Assembly (NCBI GenBank): GCA_964187785.1
Contig: OZ076409.1
Span: 248,001 to 312,000, forward strand
Source of the DNA: Amphiscolops sp. MND2022
Taxonomy: Eukaryota
Reading direction: 5' to 3'
Length of the DNA: 64,000 nt
Shown: positions 38,001 to 52,122 of the stretch, piece after piece
Numbering within the stretch: the stretch's first letter is position 1
Layout of the letters: each line of letters opens with the position of its first letter
Notes under the pieces: generated by a model
Database searches by the model: none
Told to the model about the DNA's origin: nothing
Seen by the model: only the letters and a program-made list of their open reading frames with translations
Position numbers and translations under genes: made by a program

Positions 38001-41000
38001 ATTAGAAGTGTATTGTATTGTTTCACTAGACGTATGATCTAAAAGAAACGCAATGTGATAGATTTGATTTGTATTGTTTCACTAGAACTTCTAGTGAAAC
38101 AATACAAATCAATTCTCTATCACATTTTCATCTCAAAGAAATTTTTTTAATGACGAAGTTAATCTAATTTTCACAAAATAAAAATATTGGCACAGAGACG
38201 CAACATTTTTGTTATCCCAAAAGTTTGCATTCGATATCAATCACCTTGCGTTTCTTTTAGATCATACCGTATATCCCGGCAAATAAGCCCCCCTCGCCAA
38301 TTGTGAAAGGGAAAATGTTGATCTACGGTATGTTCGTCATATAAGCCCCCCCCTAAATCAAGAACAATAAAAGAAAGTATAAGTTCATTAGAAAAGAAAC
38401 GCAGTGTAGTTGAGGAAAGATAGTTTCAAAAAGAAGCGGAATGTGATAGAAAATAGATTCGTATTCTGTCCGATAAGCTGATGATTTGCCAATACATGTA
38501 CAGTATTGTGATTAAGAAATCGTCCCACAAGCGACTTTAGGTTCTGATTTTTCGAAATTTTGAATTACATCATAAGTGAAAGTTTCTTAGACTTTCATCT
38601 AGTTTTTATTAGTGTTTTAAAAATTCTCTGCGACAAAAATTGAGAATTGTTACGAAAAGAATTTTTCGAACTATTAATCTCGAATCAAATCAGATTGAAA
38701 TTAGTCCCAATTAGCATTTGGAAAATGAAATTTGATTCAAATAAATATAAACATAAAAACAAAACTGACTTCCAGGGTAAACAAAGTCCAAAAATTACTA
38801 TTCGGAAAATTTTTGTTCATGTGAAGATTTTACTTTTCTGTTTAGTTATTTGTGGTTTGTGTTGACATATAAGTTAGCCCGTAAATCTTAGCCATATTTA
38901 ATTTAGCCACCTTATATGTTCGCCACATACAAGTTCACCACATTTTCGGCCAATCAAATTCGATCATTCAAAATTAGGATAACGTAGTCAGATATGTTCA
39001 CATACCCCTAGTGCCCTAAATGCAGGAGCGAAGCGAAGCGAAGCGGAGCGACGTGCCAAATGGCTATGCCTCAATGTTGCTACTTGGCGAAGGGAGCGAA
39101 GCGACCGAGCCATACAACAAGTATGCTAATCGCCACTAATCATAACCAAATGAAAATATTCGCTGATATGGAATTCTTTCATTAGCTGAAATGTGGCGAA
39201 AACAAACGTGGCGATCTTATATGGTGGCTAACTTAAAGGTGGCTAAATTGTAGGGGCTAACTTATACGTGGCGAACTTAAATCTGGCGAACTTACAACGG
39301 CACCGAAATTTTGCCAGCTAGGAAAGTTTGTTAGAATTTTATCTAGTTTACAAAAATGTTTGTTTGAAAGGTCTGCGAGAAAAAGTGATCTGAATCTGCA
39401 AATGATTGACTGAAAATTTTGCAAAAATATATTTTTAATTTTGTATACAAACTTTGTACAGAAAAAGTACAAATTTGATTAAATTTTGTCAAAATTTCCA
39501 TTTTCTAACTTTTGTAATTTTTGTCGCAAAAATTTCAAACAAACTTTTTCGTAAACTAGATAAAATTCTAAGAAACTTTCCTAGCTGACACTTTTTCGTA
39601 TTTGTGACAATTTTCAAGAAATTTCGATTTGAAATTTGCAATTTTAAGCATTGGAGCTGCGATATTTTAGAACGCTATTGTACTACATCATAGAACACTA
39701 CTGTACATCATCAATATAACAGCATGGTATGAGCTAAGCTATTAATATCGAATTTAGTTTACCTTATGTAGGGGAATATGGCTCAGTGCAACAGCTTCCG
39801 CTTGTCAGATCACCAAAGTTAAACACTCTGGCAGAATTGTTCAATAAAATCTAAGTTCATGAGGTAGGTATCTCCTGTCGTCTATCTGTAGATATCTGAG
39901 CCAATGTCCCCTTTTGGTATAACATTGAAACAAAAACTTAAAATGTTGAATTTTAGGACCATGTGTCTTATTCCACCAAATCAGGCGTGTTCAGTTTTAG
40001 AAGCAGCTAGACTTTGATGCAACTCGTCAGTTCAAAATTAGAAGTAAATAAATTAAACAAATAAAACAAGGCAGACACGTTACACGTACGCTAATCACAA
40101 AAACATGCTCAATCACATTGCGTTTCTTTTCAGTCGTTCAATCCTCCAGCTTTGCTACAAGCTAGCTCTAGGTTGAGAATGAATGAAAGAAATTTTCATG
40201 CTCAGTCACATGGCGTTTCTTTATCAGTTCAATTCCCATCACAACGAACCAAATTATCATTACCGAGTTTCTTTTTCCTTTTTCTGCAGTGATTTCGCTG
40301 CTTATATTCGAAGAAATACAGTAAGATATGGCTTTTATGATAAACTTTTCATGCTTAATCAGGGGCTCCGAAAAAATAATGGCCATATTATGGCACTCCA
40401 AAAATAAAAAATTTTTATTTCTCGTACAGAAAAATGAATTATTTTGATTTCTCAGCAATAAAAATAAATAATGGCCATTATGGCAAAAAGCAAAAAATAT
40501 TTTTTCGACAGTTTGCACATCCCAGAATGATCTATTTACAAATAGAAAAACAGATCCTTCAAGATGCATGGGGGTCATGTTTTGTCTCAGATACCCCTGC
40601 GTCAGTTTTGATCGGCTGAAAAGTCTTTCGCGCGTTAATTCGTCCTCTTCGCGGTCACAGACACAATGGCGGCACTCAAATGGCGGTGGTCACAAAAATA
40701 ATTTTTCAATAATGGATCTGAAAAAAAAATAAATTTTATTTCTAATATCAAAAAATAAATAATTTTTATGGAAAAATCAAAAAAATAAAAAATTAATTAA
40801 AATAATTTCGATGAGAAATTACTTTTTGGGAGCCCATGTGCTTAATGTGGCTTCTAATCGAGAAGCGAATGATTTTTATTCCATGATCTCAAAAATAAAT
40901 TATTGTTATTGCTTGATTGCAGTTATTTTCATTGAAATGATTTTTTCGGTAACCTTGTATGTTGTTTGGTACGTAATCATTTTTATCAAGTGAACAACTT

Positions 41001-41060
41001 TAAGACCATGTCATTTATTCCACCCCCCCAGGTAAAAAGAATTTGAAAAGAATCTTTAAC

Positions 41061-41486
41061 CAGGAATTGGAAAATTTTGATTGATGAACAATAAATTGCA
41101 ATTTTTCAATGAAAATATTTTTATTGGGTAATTTTAAGACGTCAAAGAATTGATTGGAAAGTAGGCAATGAAAACCAATACATTGCAATTCTCTTAGCCT
41201 ATTTCTCGGGCATATTTGTATAGCCAAACATAGCTAAATGAATTGAGTGCATACTTGGCAAATATTAACGTAATTCCAGGCGCTAATTTGTTGCAAATTT
41301 CGTAAAAGGCTTATTCCGAACATCATTTTTGATTGTGATAGTATGAATGAAATTTTAAATGTTTTTCGTTGAAATTAATTGCCAAATAATTGATCAATTG
41401 AATTGGAGTTTTTCGAAAAGTGCAATTAATTTTTTGTGCCATTTTTGAATATCAATTAAATTGCAATTGATATTTTCCAATTCCTG
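41061..41486. mobile_element. hAT-type MITE
   Basis: TIR CAGGAATTGGAAAAT / ATTTTCCAATTCCTG; 8-bp TSD TCTTTAAC/TCTTCAAC. Confidence 0.85.
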
Positions 41487-43931
41487 TCTTCAACTGATAA
41501 AGTTTGGTACATAGCGATAAATTTAGTAGCCTTGTTTGCTGCTAATGTCAAAAGAGCTGTAAAGACAACCCTATAGGTTTTTACGTTCATTTAACAGTTG
41601 CAATTTGATAGACAATGGCTTTGGGAGAAAATGACGGAAATATCCAAAACAAATTGATCGAAACAATGCTCGAATTATCATGGCTGTCATTTCGTACTCG
41701 ATTATTCGGGTCCCATGGTTTTGCAAAGGTTTGTCGATCTCTGGCACTAAACCACAAAGTTTTCTTATGCTTCCAGAAGTAGAGGGGTGACTAAAGTGTC
41801 CGCCCTTAGGGTTTTTTCAGCACTATGCGCCTTTTTTGGCGCCGACTTTTTACAAGAAGCGTCTTTTTCTTACATAAAAAAATTCATACTGGAATCGAGA
41901 AGGCTCACCTCTTTAAGCAATGGCCCTATATTTTTTTTTCAAAAGAAGTGGCCATCCCACCAAGGCTTTGTAAAAAGGCGGTCTATGTCCCACTAAGTCT
42001 GCTTTGTTCAACTTGAGAAATATTTGTGATACTATCACATTTGAACTACAGTGATATACAAAATATGATTGAACGAATTGGAATTAAGTTGCCGTAGCAT
42101 ATTAGAGTTTACGTACAAATCCAAGTGACCGAGTATTATACCTCCCGCAAAACTGCAAAAATATTTTGTTCTAGATCATTTCAAAAAGGCCTCAATATTT
42201 TAGCACCAGAGTTTTGGGTGGATCCGGAATTTTCTTGGTCCAGTTAGGGTTAACAAGCTACAGAAATAGAATTCAAGACATCGATAGATACTTTCAGCTT
42301 CTTCATCAGACTCCGAATCTTTTGCTCTAACCATTCGGCTTTTAATTCTTATTTGTTTACTTTAACTCATTCATATGGCGAACCTTTTATGTCCCACCTA
42401 ATGCATGTCCCACCAAAGCCTAGTAAAAAGGTGTCTATGTCCCACCAACGCTAGTTGCCTCAACGCCTCAACTCTTATTGAAAAATTGAGAAACTTTCAC
42501 TTGAATAGCTTTTGGGAGATTTTTGTATAAGATAGAAACGGAATTAGTTCTTTTTTGAAATGAAATACTCTTTTTAAATTCCAAAACATTTTTGTAAACT
42601 AGATAAAATTCTAAGAAATTTTAAGCAAAGGAGTTGCGATATTTTAGAACTAACTGTACCCAGGGGTGCAAAATAAATAGTTTATTGATACATAATTTTC
42701 AATAAATACAAAAAAATTATTTATTTTAGCCCAAGGATTAAGTCAATATCCAACCTGCCTGAGCGACTATTTAGCTCCGTTCGTGCCGTTTTTATTGATT
42801 ATCGATAATTTTGTCTTATTAGTGAAATTGTTTTATTAGAGAACAAAAAGTGCTTTCGTGTTGTGGGGGGAACACCAAATGAGATTGCAAATTTCTCAAA
42901 AACTGTCGAATTTTCCGAAATATGTTAAAAACAAAAGTTTCTTGGATTTTTGTCTAGTTTCCACTCGTCTAATAACCGGTAGATAAACAAAAACTAATCA
43001 AAACTGTTTGGCAAAAATTAAAAACTTCGGATCTTTTTTGTTCATACCCCCCTTCCCCCCCCCCCGCACAGTAAGCGCGGAAACTTTAATTCCCCACCAC
43101 TATCAGCGATGAGTTTCAGTTGCAGTTAGAGTTATAAAATACTGCAATTTGATTGTTTGTTACTATTAATTCAATCAAAATTTCATTTGTCCGCTTAACT
43201 GGTAGGGAATAAACAGAAAAGGTTCAAAACTTGGTTGACAAACCAACTTTTACATAGAGAGGTATTGGGAGCTAGTTTCCCCCAATATTTGCCATAGAAG
43301 TTTCAAAAAAACAAATATAAACTAGGTTAAATTTTGAGAAACTTTTATTTGAGACATTTTTCTTGAATATCAATAGTTTCAGAGATATGGGCAGAAAAAT
43401 TAGGTGTTCCAAATATTATTACCAATTTGTGGTTCCATTCTTTTATCACAGGACTGTATTACCTTGTACATGTAAGCTATAGTTTTAGGAGCAACATGTA
43501 CATGTAAATTAAATAAACAAAGGCAACTTGGCAGACCCGTTGCACGTATGCTCAATCTCATTGCGCTTCTTTCCGTCGTTCAATGAACTTCAATTCTCCA
43601 GCTATGCAACAAGCTAGCTTGAGAATCAAAATAGGCGTGCTTTTCGTGGTCAATATAACACCTTTTCATGCTCAACCACATTGCGTTTCTTTATAATTTC
43701 TTTTCTGGATCTGATTATAACTACCACAAAATGTTGTTTTGCTGCTGCGTTCGGATAGGGTCCAGTTTTATAGGTAATGGAGGTTCATGAGGTAGGTATA
43801 TATCTAGTAACCGCATCTCTTTAAAAATTGAATTAAAATTTTTGCGCTTACTATGGGGGAAGTAACAGAAAAGAACATATTTTGGTTTCAAAACTTAAAT
43901 TACCTTGGACCATATGGTAGGGTGTCACGAA

Positions 43932-44356
43932 CAGGGATATGCAATAAAATATTGCAATACTATTGCTTTTACGCAGCAAAAACTTAATATTTTTTGGCCT
44001 GCTGAATAAATTATTACAATTTTTGGTTTTGAAAAATTATTAATTGCAAATTTTTTTGTCAAAACGCAATATTCAGAATGTTAATTATCATCAGGAATCA
44101 ACAAACTTTGAACAGTTTGACTATTTTTTAATGCAGAATAATGAGGTTTGTATATGCAGTTTTCAACGCCTGTTTACGCATTACTCCACAGAAATATTAA
44201 TATTAAATAATTTAGAAGTTTGACCCAGTTTTTCCGCAGTTATTTTTATAGCTAACTCCTGAAAATTAATTTTAAATAATATTTACGTCAAGGAATAAAT
44301 TATTTTGAAGAAATATTGCAGTTATTTTGCAGTTAATTATTTATTGCGTATCCCTG
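43932..44356. mobile_element. hAT-type MITE
   Basis: TIR CAGGGATATGCAATAA / TTATTGCGTATCCCTG; perfect 8-bp TSD GTCACGAA. Confidence 0.9.
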
Positions 44357-44696
44357 GTCACGAAGCAGAATATTCACTAATTCTAAAAATTTCAACGCAA
44401 ACGATGTCGACATAATGGTATTTGAACCTTGTGTCTTATTTTTCTACAGTTTGGGGGGGGGATTGATGACATGGTCCATTACCTTGTAATCATGTTTAAA
44501 TGTCAATATTCAAATAATCAATAACAATTTTTTCAAAAAGTTTCTACTAAAACAGAAAATCAACTGAACAAATATTTGAAACAATTACACAAACAACTAT
44601 TTTTTTATAAATGAATAGGCTGATACAAATGGAAACAAAAAACACAATAAGTGCGTGCAATTAGAGTTTTATGTTAAAGAATGATTTGTCCAAAGA

Positions 44697-45038
44697 CTAG
44701 TCAAATAGTTTTTCGAAAGAAATCTCCTTGCTGGACATAAAGCACAGCAGTTCTTCCAGTAGTGGATCCTTGTTGTCCAGAGCATGGCAGCACAGCACTT
44801 CGTACAAGTCCTTGAAACTTTTTGACTGAGGGTGAAGGTGTATGTTGAATTTGGTTGGGGTCTTTTTCACGGGTAGCGGATGAGAGCGGTTGAATTGAAT
44901 TCCAAAGAAACAAACTCTGATGACTTTTCCTCTGAAGGTCCAATATATTTTTGTGATTGTAACTACCTCAATATCGAGGTTTTTGAGCTCTTGTGGAACT
45001 ACCCACTGTAAGTTCAAAAATAGTTTGTCGCAAGGCAT
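44697..45038 (-). CDS. Hypothetical protein (113 aa), no recognised domain
   Basis: ATG-initiated, non-repetitive and less AT-rich than its flanks; CCAAT boxes at ~45343 and ~45375 upstream. Confidence 0.45.
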   Translation of the reverse strand: MPCDKLFLNLQWVVPQELKNLDIEVVTITKIYWTFRGKVIRVCFFGIQFNRSHPLPVKKTPTKFNIHLHPQSKSFKDLYEVLCCHALDNKDPLLEELLCFMSSKEISFEKLFD

Positions 45039-47795
45039 CAGTAGATTAGGTGTTACAGACTAGACTAAACAGACTGAGTTCAAAGAGACTGAGAAAGAAC
45101 TGGAGTTCCACAGTACCCCTTCCAAAAACGTCCTAGCCACAATTGTCTCAAAATTATTCGCGAGTAATTATTCGGTGTTCAGTTGTGATATAGTTCAAAG
45201 TGAATTACTTTGGTAACCTAACCGGCTATAGATAATCAAGTAATTAGGAACAGCAAAGTCGGAAACGATTTGAAATCAAAAAATTGTAAGTGGGTCAAAA
45301 ATTCAAAAAACTAAAACCTGATGTTTTGCACGTTGCTCTCAACCAATGAAATGAGCGCGTGAGACCTTGATCGGCCAATGAGATTTGTTCATTTGCTTTC
45401 TTTCGCGTGCTATGTTGCTTCTTCTAGAATAACTACTGCATATCCCCACCTTATGCTCCACCAAGTACCATGATTTGAACAGGTTTTTGATCAGGTATGA
45501 ACCGCATCCTCGGAATGAGACGGAGAAGTCGCTGTTATCGTTGTATGTCCCACTAAGAAAGGTATATTTCTTTGGTGATTGACCTCGTTTTGTCCATAGT
45601 GCGTCATTCTAACATGTTGTTGTTTTTGTTATGAATAATTCTTATAGTGGGTCAATTTGGTAAAAAGTCTATGTATGTAGTAGAAATAAAGAAGCATGTG
45701 TCCTGGAAATGTTGTAGAATTGCGTTCTAAAATACGAGTAGAAATTATTTATTAACTATTTGTGTTTTTTTTCAAAACTATTTATTCAATTCTACATATA
45801 TTTTGTTTTAATAAAGCTATTTTAAAATACTGTTATTGATTGATTATAGCATAGACTACAATGAATAGACTACACCCAGTTTTTGTAAGATTACCTTAAT
45901 AAAAACACCAGCCTCAGAAAGTCAAAAAATTAGGAACATTTTAAGGACACCACCGAGGCCAAACTAGAAAGTGACAGCCCGTTTTTAGAAAAAAAATCGT
46001 TGAATCGTCTGTCAATAATGCGGTTGATAAAAACTTTCCAATGCATGTCGAACCCATTGAGTATTTAAAATACGACGCTCACGCGCAGTGAGAGACTAAG
46101 GGTACCACGTGTGTAACAATATAATGAAAAATAAATATAATATATAAGATATTAATATAAAGGTTAATTTCAGGATATTTTTTACTTGGCCCTGGTGGGT
46201 CTTGGCGTAACAACTGCTGGCTGAGAAACTGTCCTCATTTTGTTCCATTGTAAGAGGCTATTATGTAAATGTTAAATGAAACGATTTATTTTTAGAACGA
46301 TGGAATAATATTTTCTTTTCGAATCTCGAAATACAAGTTTTCACCAGCCAAAAACATTCCGCTATAATGAATTGCGTCGTCAGCCAATTGAATTTTGTCG
46401 CAATAAATGCAGTATGGTTTCAAATGCCGGCTATCTTTGTATCGTTTCCTTAGAAAAATGTTCTAAAAGAATTACAATGTGATCAGGGTTCCTGAGAAAT
46501 GTTTTTGAACGAAAACACTATGTGTGAAATGGCGTCCCACTTATTATGTCCCACCTTGTGCCCGTCCCACCAAGGCCTAGTAAAAAGTGGGGTCTATTTC
46601 GTACACGACCAATTGAATCTGAGTGAGAATTCTTAGAGGATTGTGTGATTTGAGGAAAGCAGACTTAGTGGGACATTGACCCCTTTTTAAATAAACTTTG
46701 GTGGAACGGGCAAAAGGTGGGACATGAAAGGTGGGAACTCCTATGAGACAGTGAAAATTGACAAAAATTGGAAAAGGACTGAGCGAAGGAAACGCAATGT
46801 GATTGGGTTGAGATTTGATGTGTATTGTTTTGTTAGACATATTACCTAAAAGATTCAACCGTGGGGAACCAAGAGGGGCATTTTGTCTGTTCTTCCCAGT
46901 TCAAGAGGAGAGGAAACGCGTTAAACATGAAATCATTTATGATTTAAAAAATGAATCATTTAAAACTTTACAGAATTGTCTGACGTACATATATTGAAAG
47001 TTAATTTTCCGACCCTCAAAAAAAATTCTGAGACCAAGTAAACCAAAAAAAATCTGTAGAGCATAAAAAGAACTCAAACTCTTTCAGGAAAATGATTAAA
47101 AAGTAATTTTCCACAACTTTGAAAAAAAAATGATTTTTCAATTTTTTGCTTCCAAGTTGCAGATGGTACAACGCCGCGAACCCATAATGCATTCTCAATT
47201 GATGTAATATGGTATTTAGATTTCAGCACTGCTACTGATTTTCACAATGACACATTTTCGAAATGTTGGGCCTTTGTTAATGTTCTGATCAGAAATCACA
47301 ACATACAATAACACTAGCCCAAAATTTTGTAATTTTAAAGAGGCTCTCAGTTCGGGGATCACATAGTGTCACCCTTTAACAAGACCCACGACGAGAACGT
47401 GGCCTCTGTAAGGTCTCAAACAGGGGTGTTAAAAATTATCGTTTAGTCAAATGACAAAATGAACCAAAATGACAAACCAAAATGACGAACCAAAAATGAA
47501 CCAAATGACAAAATGAACCAAAAAGAAATGCACTGAAAGATTGAAACCAGATGGGTGAATGGACTAAATGGCAGTAATGACTTAAGATTGATTTAAATAA
47601 CAAAAAAGGGAGACTTTTAACACCACATGCAAAATCCAATGAACCAAAAAAAAATGCACTGAAAGATTGAACCCAGATGGGTGAATGGACTAAATGGCAG
47701 TAATGACCTAATGTTGTCCTAAATAACAAAAAAGGGAGACTTTTAACACCCCTGTCGTAAATTAACTAATAAAATAAACTACAAAATTTACAAAA

Positions 47796-48020
47796 CTAAG
47801 AATATACAATGTTATCTACAGGTATTCTACATAATGGACATTTAAATACATCTGAATATACAAAAAGGGAATCTAAACAGTCTCTACATGCTAAATGTAA
47901 GGAATGTTTTCTATGAAAGCTCTGTAATTCTACTGATCTAAAGTCCTCTAAACAAATAATACATCTACTATAAAGTTTTGTTGGCCTCAAGTTTTTGGGT
48001 CTCATCTTGCATCTTGACAC
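47796..48020 (-). CDS. Small atypical RING-finger protein, copy 2 (ATG at ~48005)
   Basis: CIIC...HRKHSLHLACRDC...KCPLCR; all putative metal ligands are conserved with copy 1. Confidence 0.75.
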   Translation of the reverse strand: MSRCKMRPKNLRPTKLYSRCIICLEDFRSVELQSFHRKHSLHLACRDCLDSLFVYSDVFKCPLCRIPVDNIVYS

Positions 48021-48226
48021 CTGGAACCTCGTGAAAAAATTAGTTGACCACTCTGCATCCGTTTTTTAAAAGCAGTTGTGTACCCGTTTTAGTTTCAAAA
48101 CAAGCTTCAAATTCGAATAATACAAAAATCTCTTGGGAGAATATCAAATGAAAAAAGTTAGGTTGCACCCGGGTTCTAACCAGTGACCGCTTGAGCTGCA
48201 GCCGGATGCATTAAATCTAATAATCT

Positions 48227-48958
48227 AATAATATAAATAATCTAATAATAATCTAAGGACCAGATTTCTTTGCCCCCCTTTTTTTCTTCATAAGATATTG
48301 CTTTTTTGATGTTCTTTGAAAAAACACGAAAAGTTCTGAATATCTGAATTATTCGTTACTATTGCGCTTTCTTATTGGCCGAGAATTCAACCAATTAGGC
48401 ATCTGAATCAAAAGTACAAAGTTTCACACTTTTGAATGATGATTTAAGTTGATTCAAATATTATTTAATTTCACAGTATTATATAATTATTATATAACAA
48501 ATATCATTTTAAAATAATTTTAAAAAGTGTGGGGGTAAATTGTTGTTTTTGCAATTAATTATAGTAACGGAACTTTGTCCTCCCCCCCTCCCACACTTTT
48601 CAAAATGTTGTTTATGCAATTGAATATAGTAACGGAACTTTTTCCTTTCCCCCCACACTTTTTAAAAATATTTTAAAATGATATTTGTTATATAATAATT
48701 ATATAATACTGTGAAAATAAATAATATTTGAATCAACTTAAATCATCATTCAAAAGTGTGAAACTTTGTACTTTTGATTCAGATGCCTAATTGGTTGAAT
48801 TCTCGGCCAATAAGAAAGCGCAATAGTAACGAATAATTCAGATATTCAGAACTTTTCGTGTTTTTTTCAAAGAACATCAAAAAAGCAATATCTTCTGAAG
48901 AAAAAAAGGGGGGCAAAGAAATCTGGTCCTTAGATTATTATTAGATTATTTATATTAT
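48227..48958. repeat. Fold-back with ~310-bp inverted arms
   Basis: 48227-48535 is the reverse complement of 48649-48958; the spacer carries a short direct duplication (ATAGTAACGGAACTTT twice). Confidence 0.92.
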
Positions 48959-49089
48959 TTTAGTACTGTGACTCTCCTCCCTCCCTTGTTTCCTCAAAAA
49001 AAGGACAGTGACTCAGTGTTTCCAGTCAAAAGGGTGTTTCCAGTCAAACACTTAAAAGATCAAAACAGCAATAAAAATTCGCATTCCAA

Positions 49090-49172
49090 ACCCGCCCAGT
49101 CTGGGATTCGAACCCCGGTTTGCGATGAACAAGCCCGAACAACCAGCCCACTTAACCACTGAACCACCGTCC
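49090..49172 (-). repeat. tRNA-derived sequence (SINE head or pseudo-tRNA)
   Basis: Minus strand has A box TGGTTCAGTGG and B box GGTTCGAATCC; no convincing cloverleaf. Confidence 0.55.
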
Positions 49173-51619
49173 CCGTTATCATTTCGATTTCAGTTGTTTA
49201 TATATTTGATCAACTTTGATCGAAGTTTCCTCGGAACTTTAATTTAATTTATATCATACTTTAATTCTTATTCTGATGAATAACCAATGGTCATGTTTGA
49301 TTTTTCTGCATAAAATTGTCACAAAGTAATTTACTTCTTGAAAAGTGTCCTCATTATGATTTTATCAATAATTCATTAATTTTTACCTTTTAAACTAATT
49401 AAAATAATTAAAACTCTGAAAAATTTTGATTTATCTAAGATATTTTGATTTTCATCTTAATCAATAATTCATTAATTTCTGCTTTTTAAACTAATTAAAA
49501 CTCTAAAATTTAAAAAAATTAAACTCTAAAAATAAACTTCCTCTACTGAACTTTTAACTAGACTTTTAATAAACAATCATGGAGAGGGGTTGGGGTGATG
49601 GGTTGGGCTGATGGGTTGGGGTGATGGGTTGAGGTGGGGGGATGGGGTTGGCTGCTTATTTTTCTTTCCTCACATTACCTCAGATAATTATCAAAGGTTT
49701 AGATGTCTTTCACCTGTTAGACTCATTTTCACTCATTTAGAATTAACACCTCTCTCTCAACACCTCCTTTCAACCTAAAAACCCCCCATCTTATGACGTT
49801 GATGATAGTTGAATTCAATGGACAAATTCGAAATAGGAATCCTAATAACTTTCTTCGAATTCTTTAAGTTTATTTCTTCAAAAATTCATAAGTTTGTTCA
49901 GTTAATTCTATAAGTTTTCGAAGAAAATAGCAACACTACCTAAAACTTTTAACCCCGGAGTAACCCTTTAAATGTTCTTACCGTATAAGGAGTAATAGAA
50001 GTATAATGGCAAAGAAGGCAAGTATTAATGGCAAGTATTAAAGAAGTATTAATGGCAATTTAATAATGGTAGAAGTTAATTTGCCAATGAACAATTTTTG
50101 CCAATAAACTGCATCGAATGTAGACCAAATAACATAAGTGCAAATTTATAATTTAATTTAATGACAGATTCAATGACATTTCATTTAATGACAATTTCCT
50201 TGACAAATGACAATGGATTTCATTTTCAAATTTTTGTAAGACTATTTTTGTTTCGGTCTTGTGAATTTGATTCATTTAGCTGAACTGAGTTTCACAAATC
50301 ATACGAAGTAAATAGCTATTATGTTATTTGGTCATCATAAGAATTGTTTGCTGTTTGCCTTTTGCGATTTACAATGCGAACGTTACAATACAAACGAAGA
50401 AATTGGAATTGAATTGAAATGAATTCAATTGAACGAAGAAATTGGAAATCCGCTTACGAACCATGCCGGGACTGAACGAAATTTTCACAATTAGTTGGTT
50501 TCTCTATTTCTCTAAAGTATATCTGTTGAATAGCAAATTAGTTGGTTTCTCTATTTCTCTAAAGTATATCTGTTGAATAGCCATTTGATATATGGTTTCT
50601 TGAAATATGGAATTATTATTACTTGTACTGTTGGCTACAATCCCTAGTAAAGAATATACTATATTCACAACCAGTTAGCTGCTGTTATTGAAGGAAATCT
50701 ACAGCAAGTTCAATTCAGACTAACTGGATCCCAGAATTCAAATAAACATTCGATTGTCTGTTTGTTTGTCAATATACGTTAGGAAAGCATGCTGTTATTC
50801 TCAGTGAACGAAAAAATGGAGGGAAAACCAAAGCATGCCAATATTTTTATTCATTTTTGTAGATCTTTTAAGCAGAGTTGGCTGATTAAAATCAAATGAT
50901 TATAAAATGTTGAATACTGTTGAAAAGTATATCTGTTGTTAAAATTGATGTGATCATTCAAATTCGAAAAATTGTTCAAATTTCAAATCAAAAGTGGCAA
51001 TCCAGAACCTTGACAAACAAATCTTTTTCAAGCATCAGATTGGGTAATGCTCAACGTTTCGTAAAATAAAGGCAAAATAAAGGCCCCTTCAAAGTCATCT
51101 CCCTATGGCTACAATATCCCAGCTCTCTGCATTTTTCGCATGCAAGATTGAGTTGAAGTTTTTCCAGTATGTGACTAAAGACTTTGTATTCAAATGATTG
51201 GTAACTTTATTTAAAAGCTATGAGAGAATGCATTTTGTCTGGGGGTGCGAGAGGTGCAAGCCCTCGGAGTCAACTCTCCCTATGGCTACAAAATCCTCCC
51301 TATGGCTACAAAAAAACGTACGCCTTCCGATTATCATTTGATTCCTCCTCAGAACCTAATACTATTCATTTCAGTTCATTTCAATACGTTTCGCAGAGAG
51401 TTCCGAGTATTCACAGTTTTTGCATTGCAAAGTGGTTCTCAGATTTGTGATCTGTATTACTACTTAAAAAATCACATGCTACTTGGACATAGTTTTAGTA
51501 GTAAATCTGATACCATTTTGCTCTTGGTAGTAGTAGGTGCATTTCGGTCTTGCGATTTTTCGAGGTCATGCAAAGTGGTACACGATTTTGGAATTGTGGT
51601 GCAAAATGTCACCGCGAAC

Positions 51620-51856
<237 letters not shown>

Positions 51857-52122
51857 AATAGACTTTAGGGCGTAGCCCTAGGAGGTTTCCCCCTTTATTA
51901 CAGATTATTGACATCATTTTTCCGAAATCAAGAAAACGGGAACAAAAATTATTTTAAAATGTGAGCGCAGAACATCCGTTTTCCAATTTTTGTTTGTGGC
52001 CACTCTTCTTTCTACCTTTCCAAGGTAGCTTGCTTTTAAAACATGAAATGGAGAATTAGATGAAAAAGGTCAATTGATTTTGAAAAATGTAAACAAAAAA
52101 CGACAAATAGTAACATGAAATA

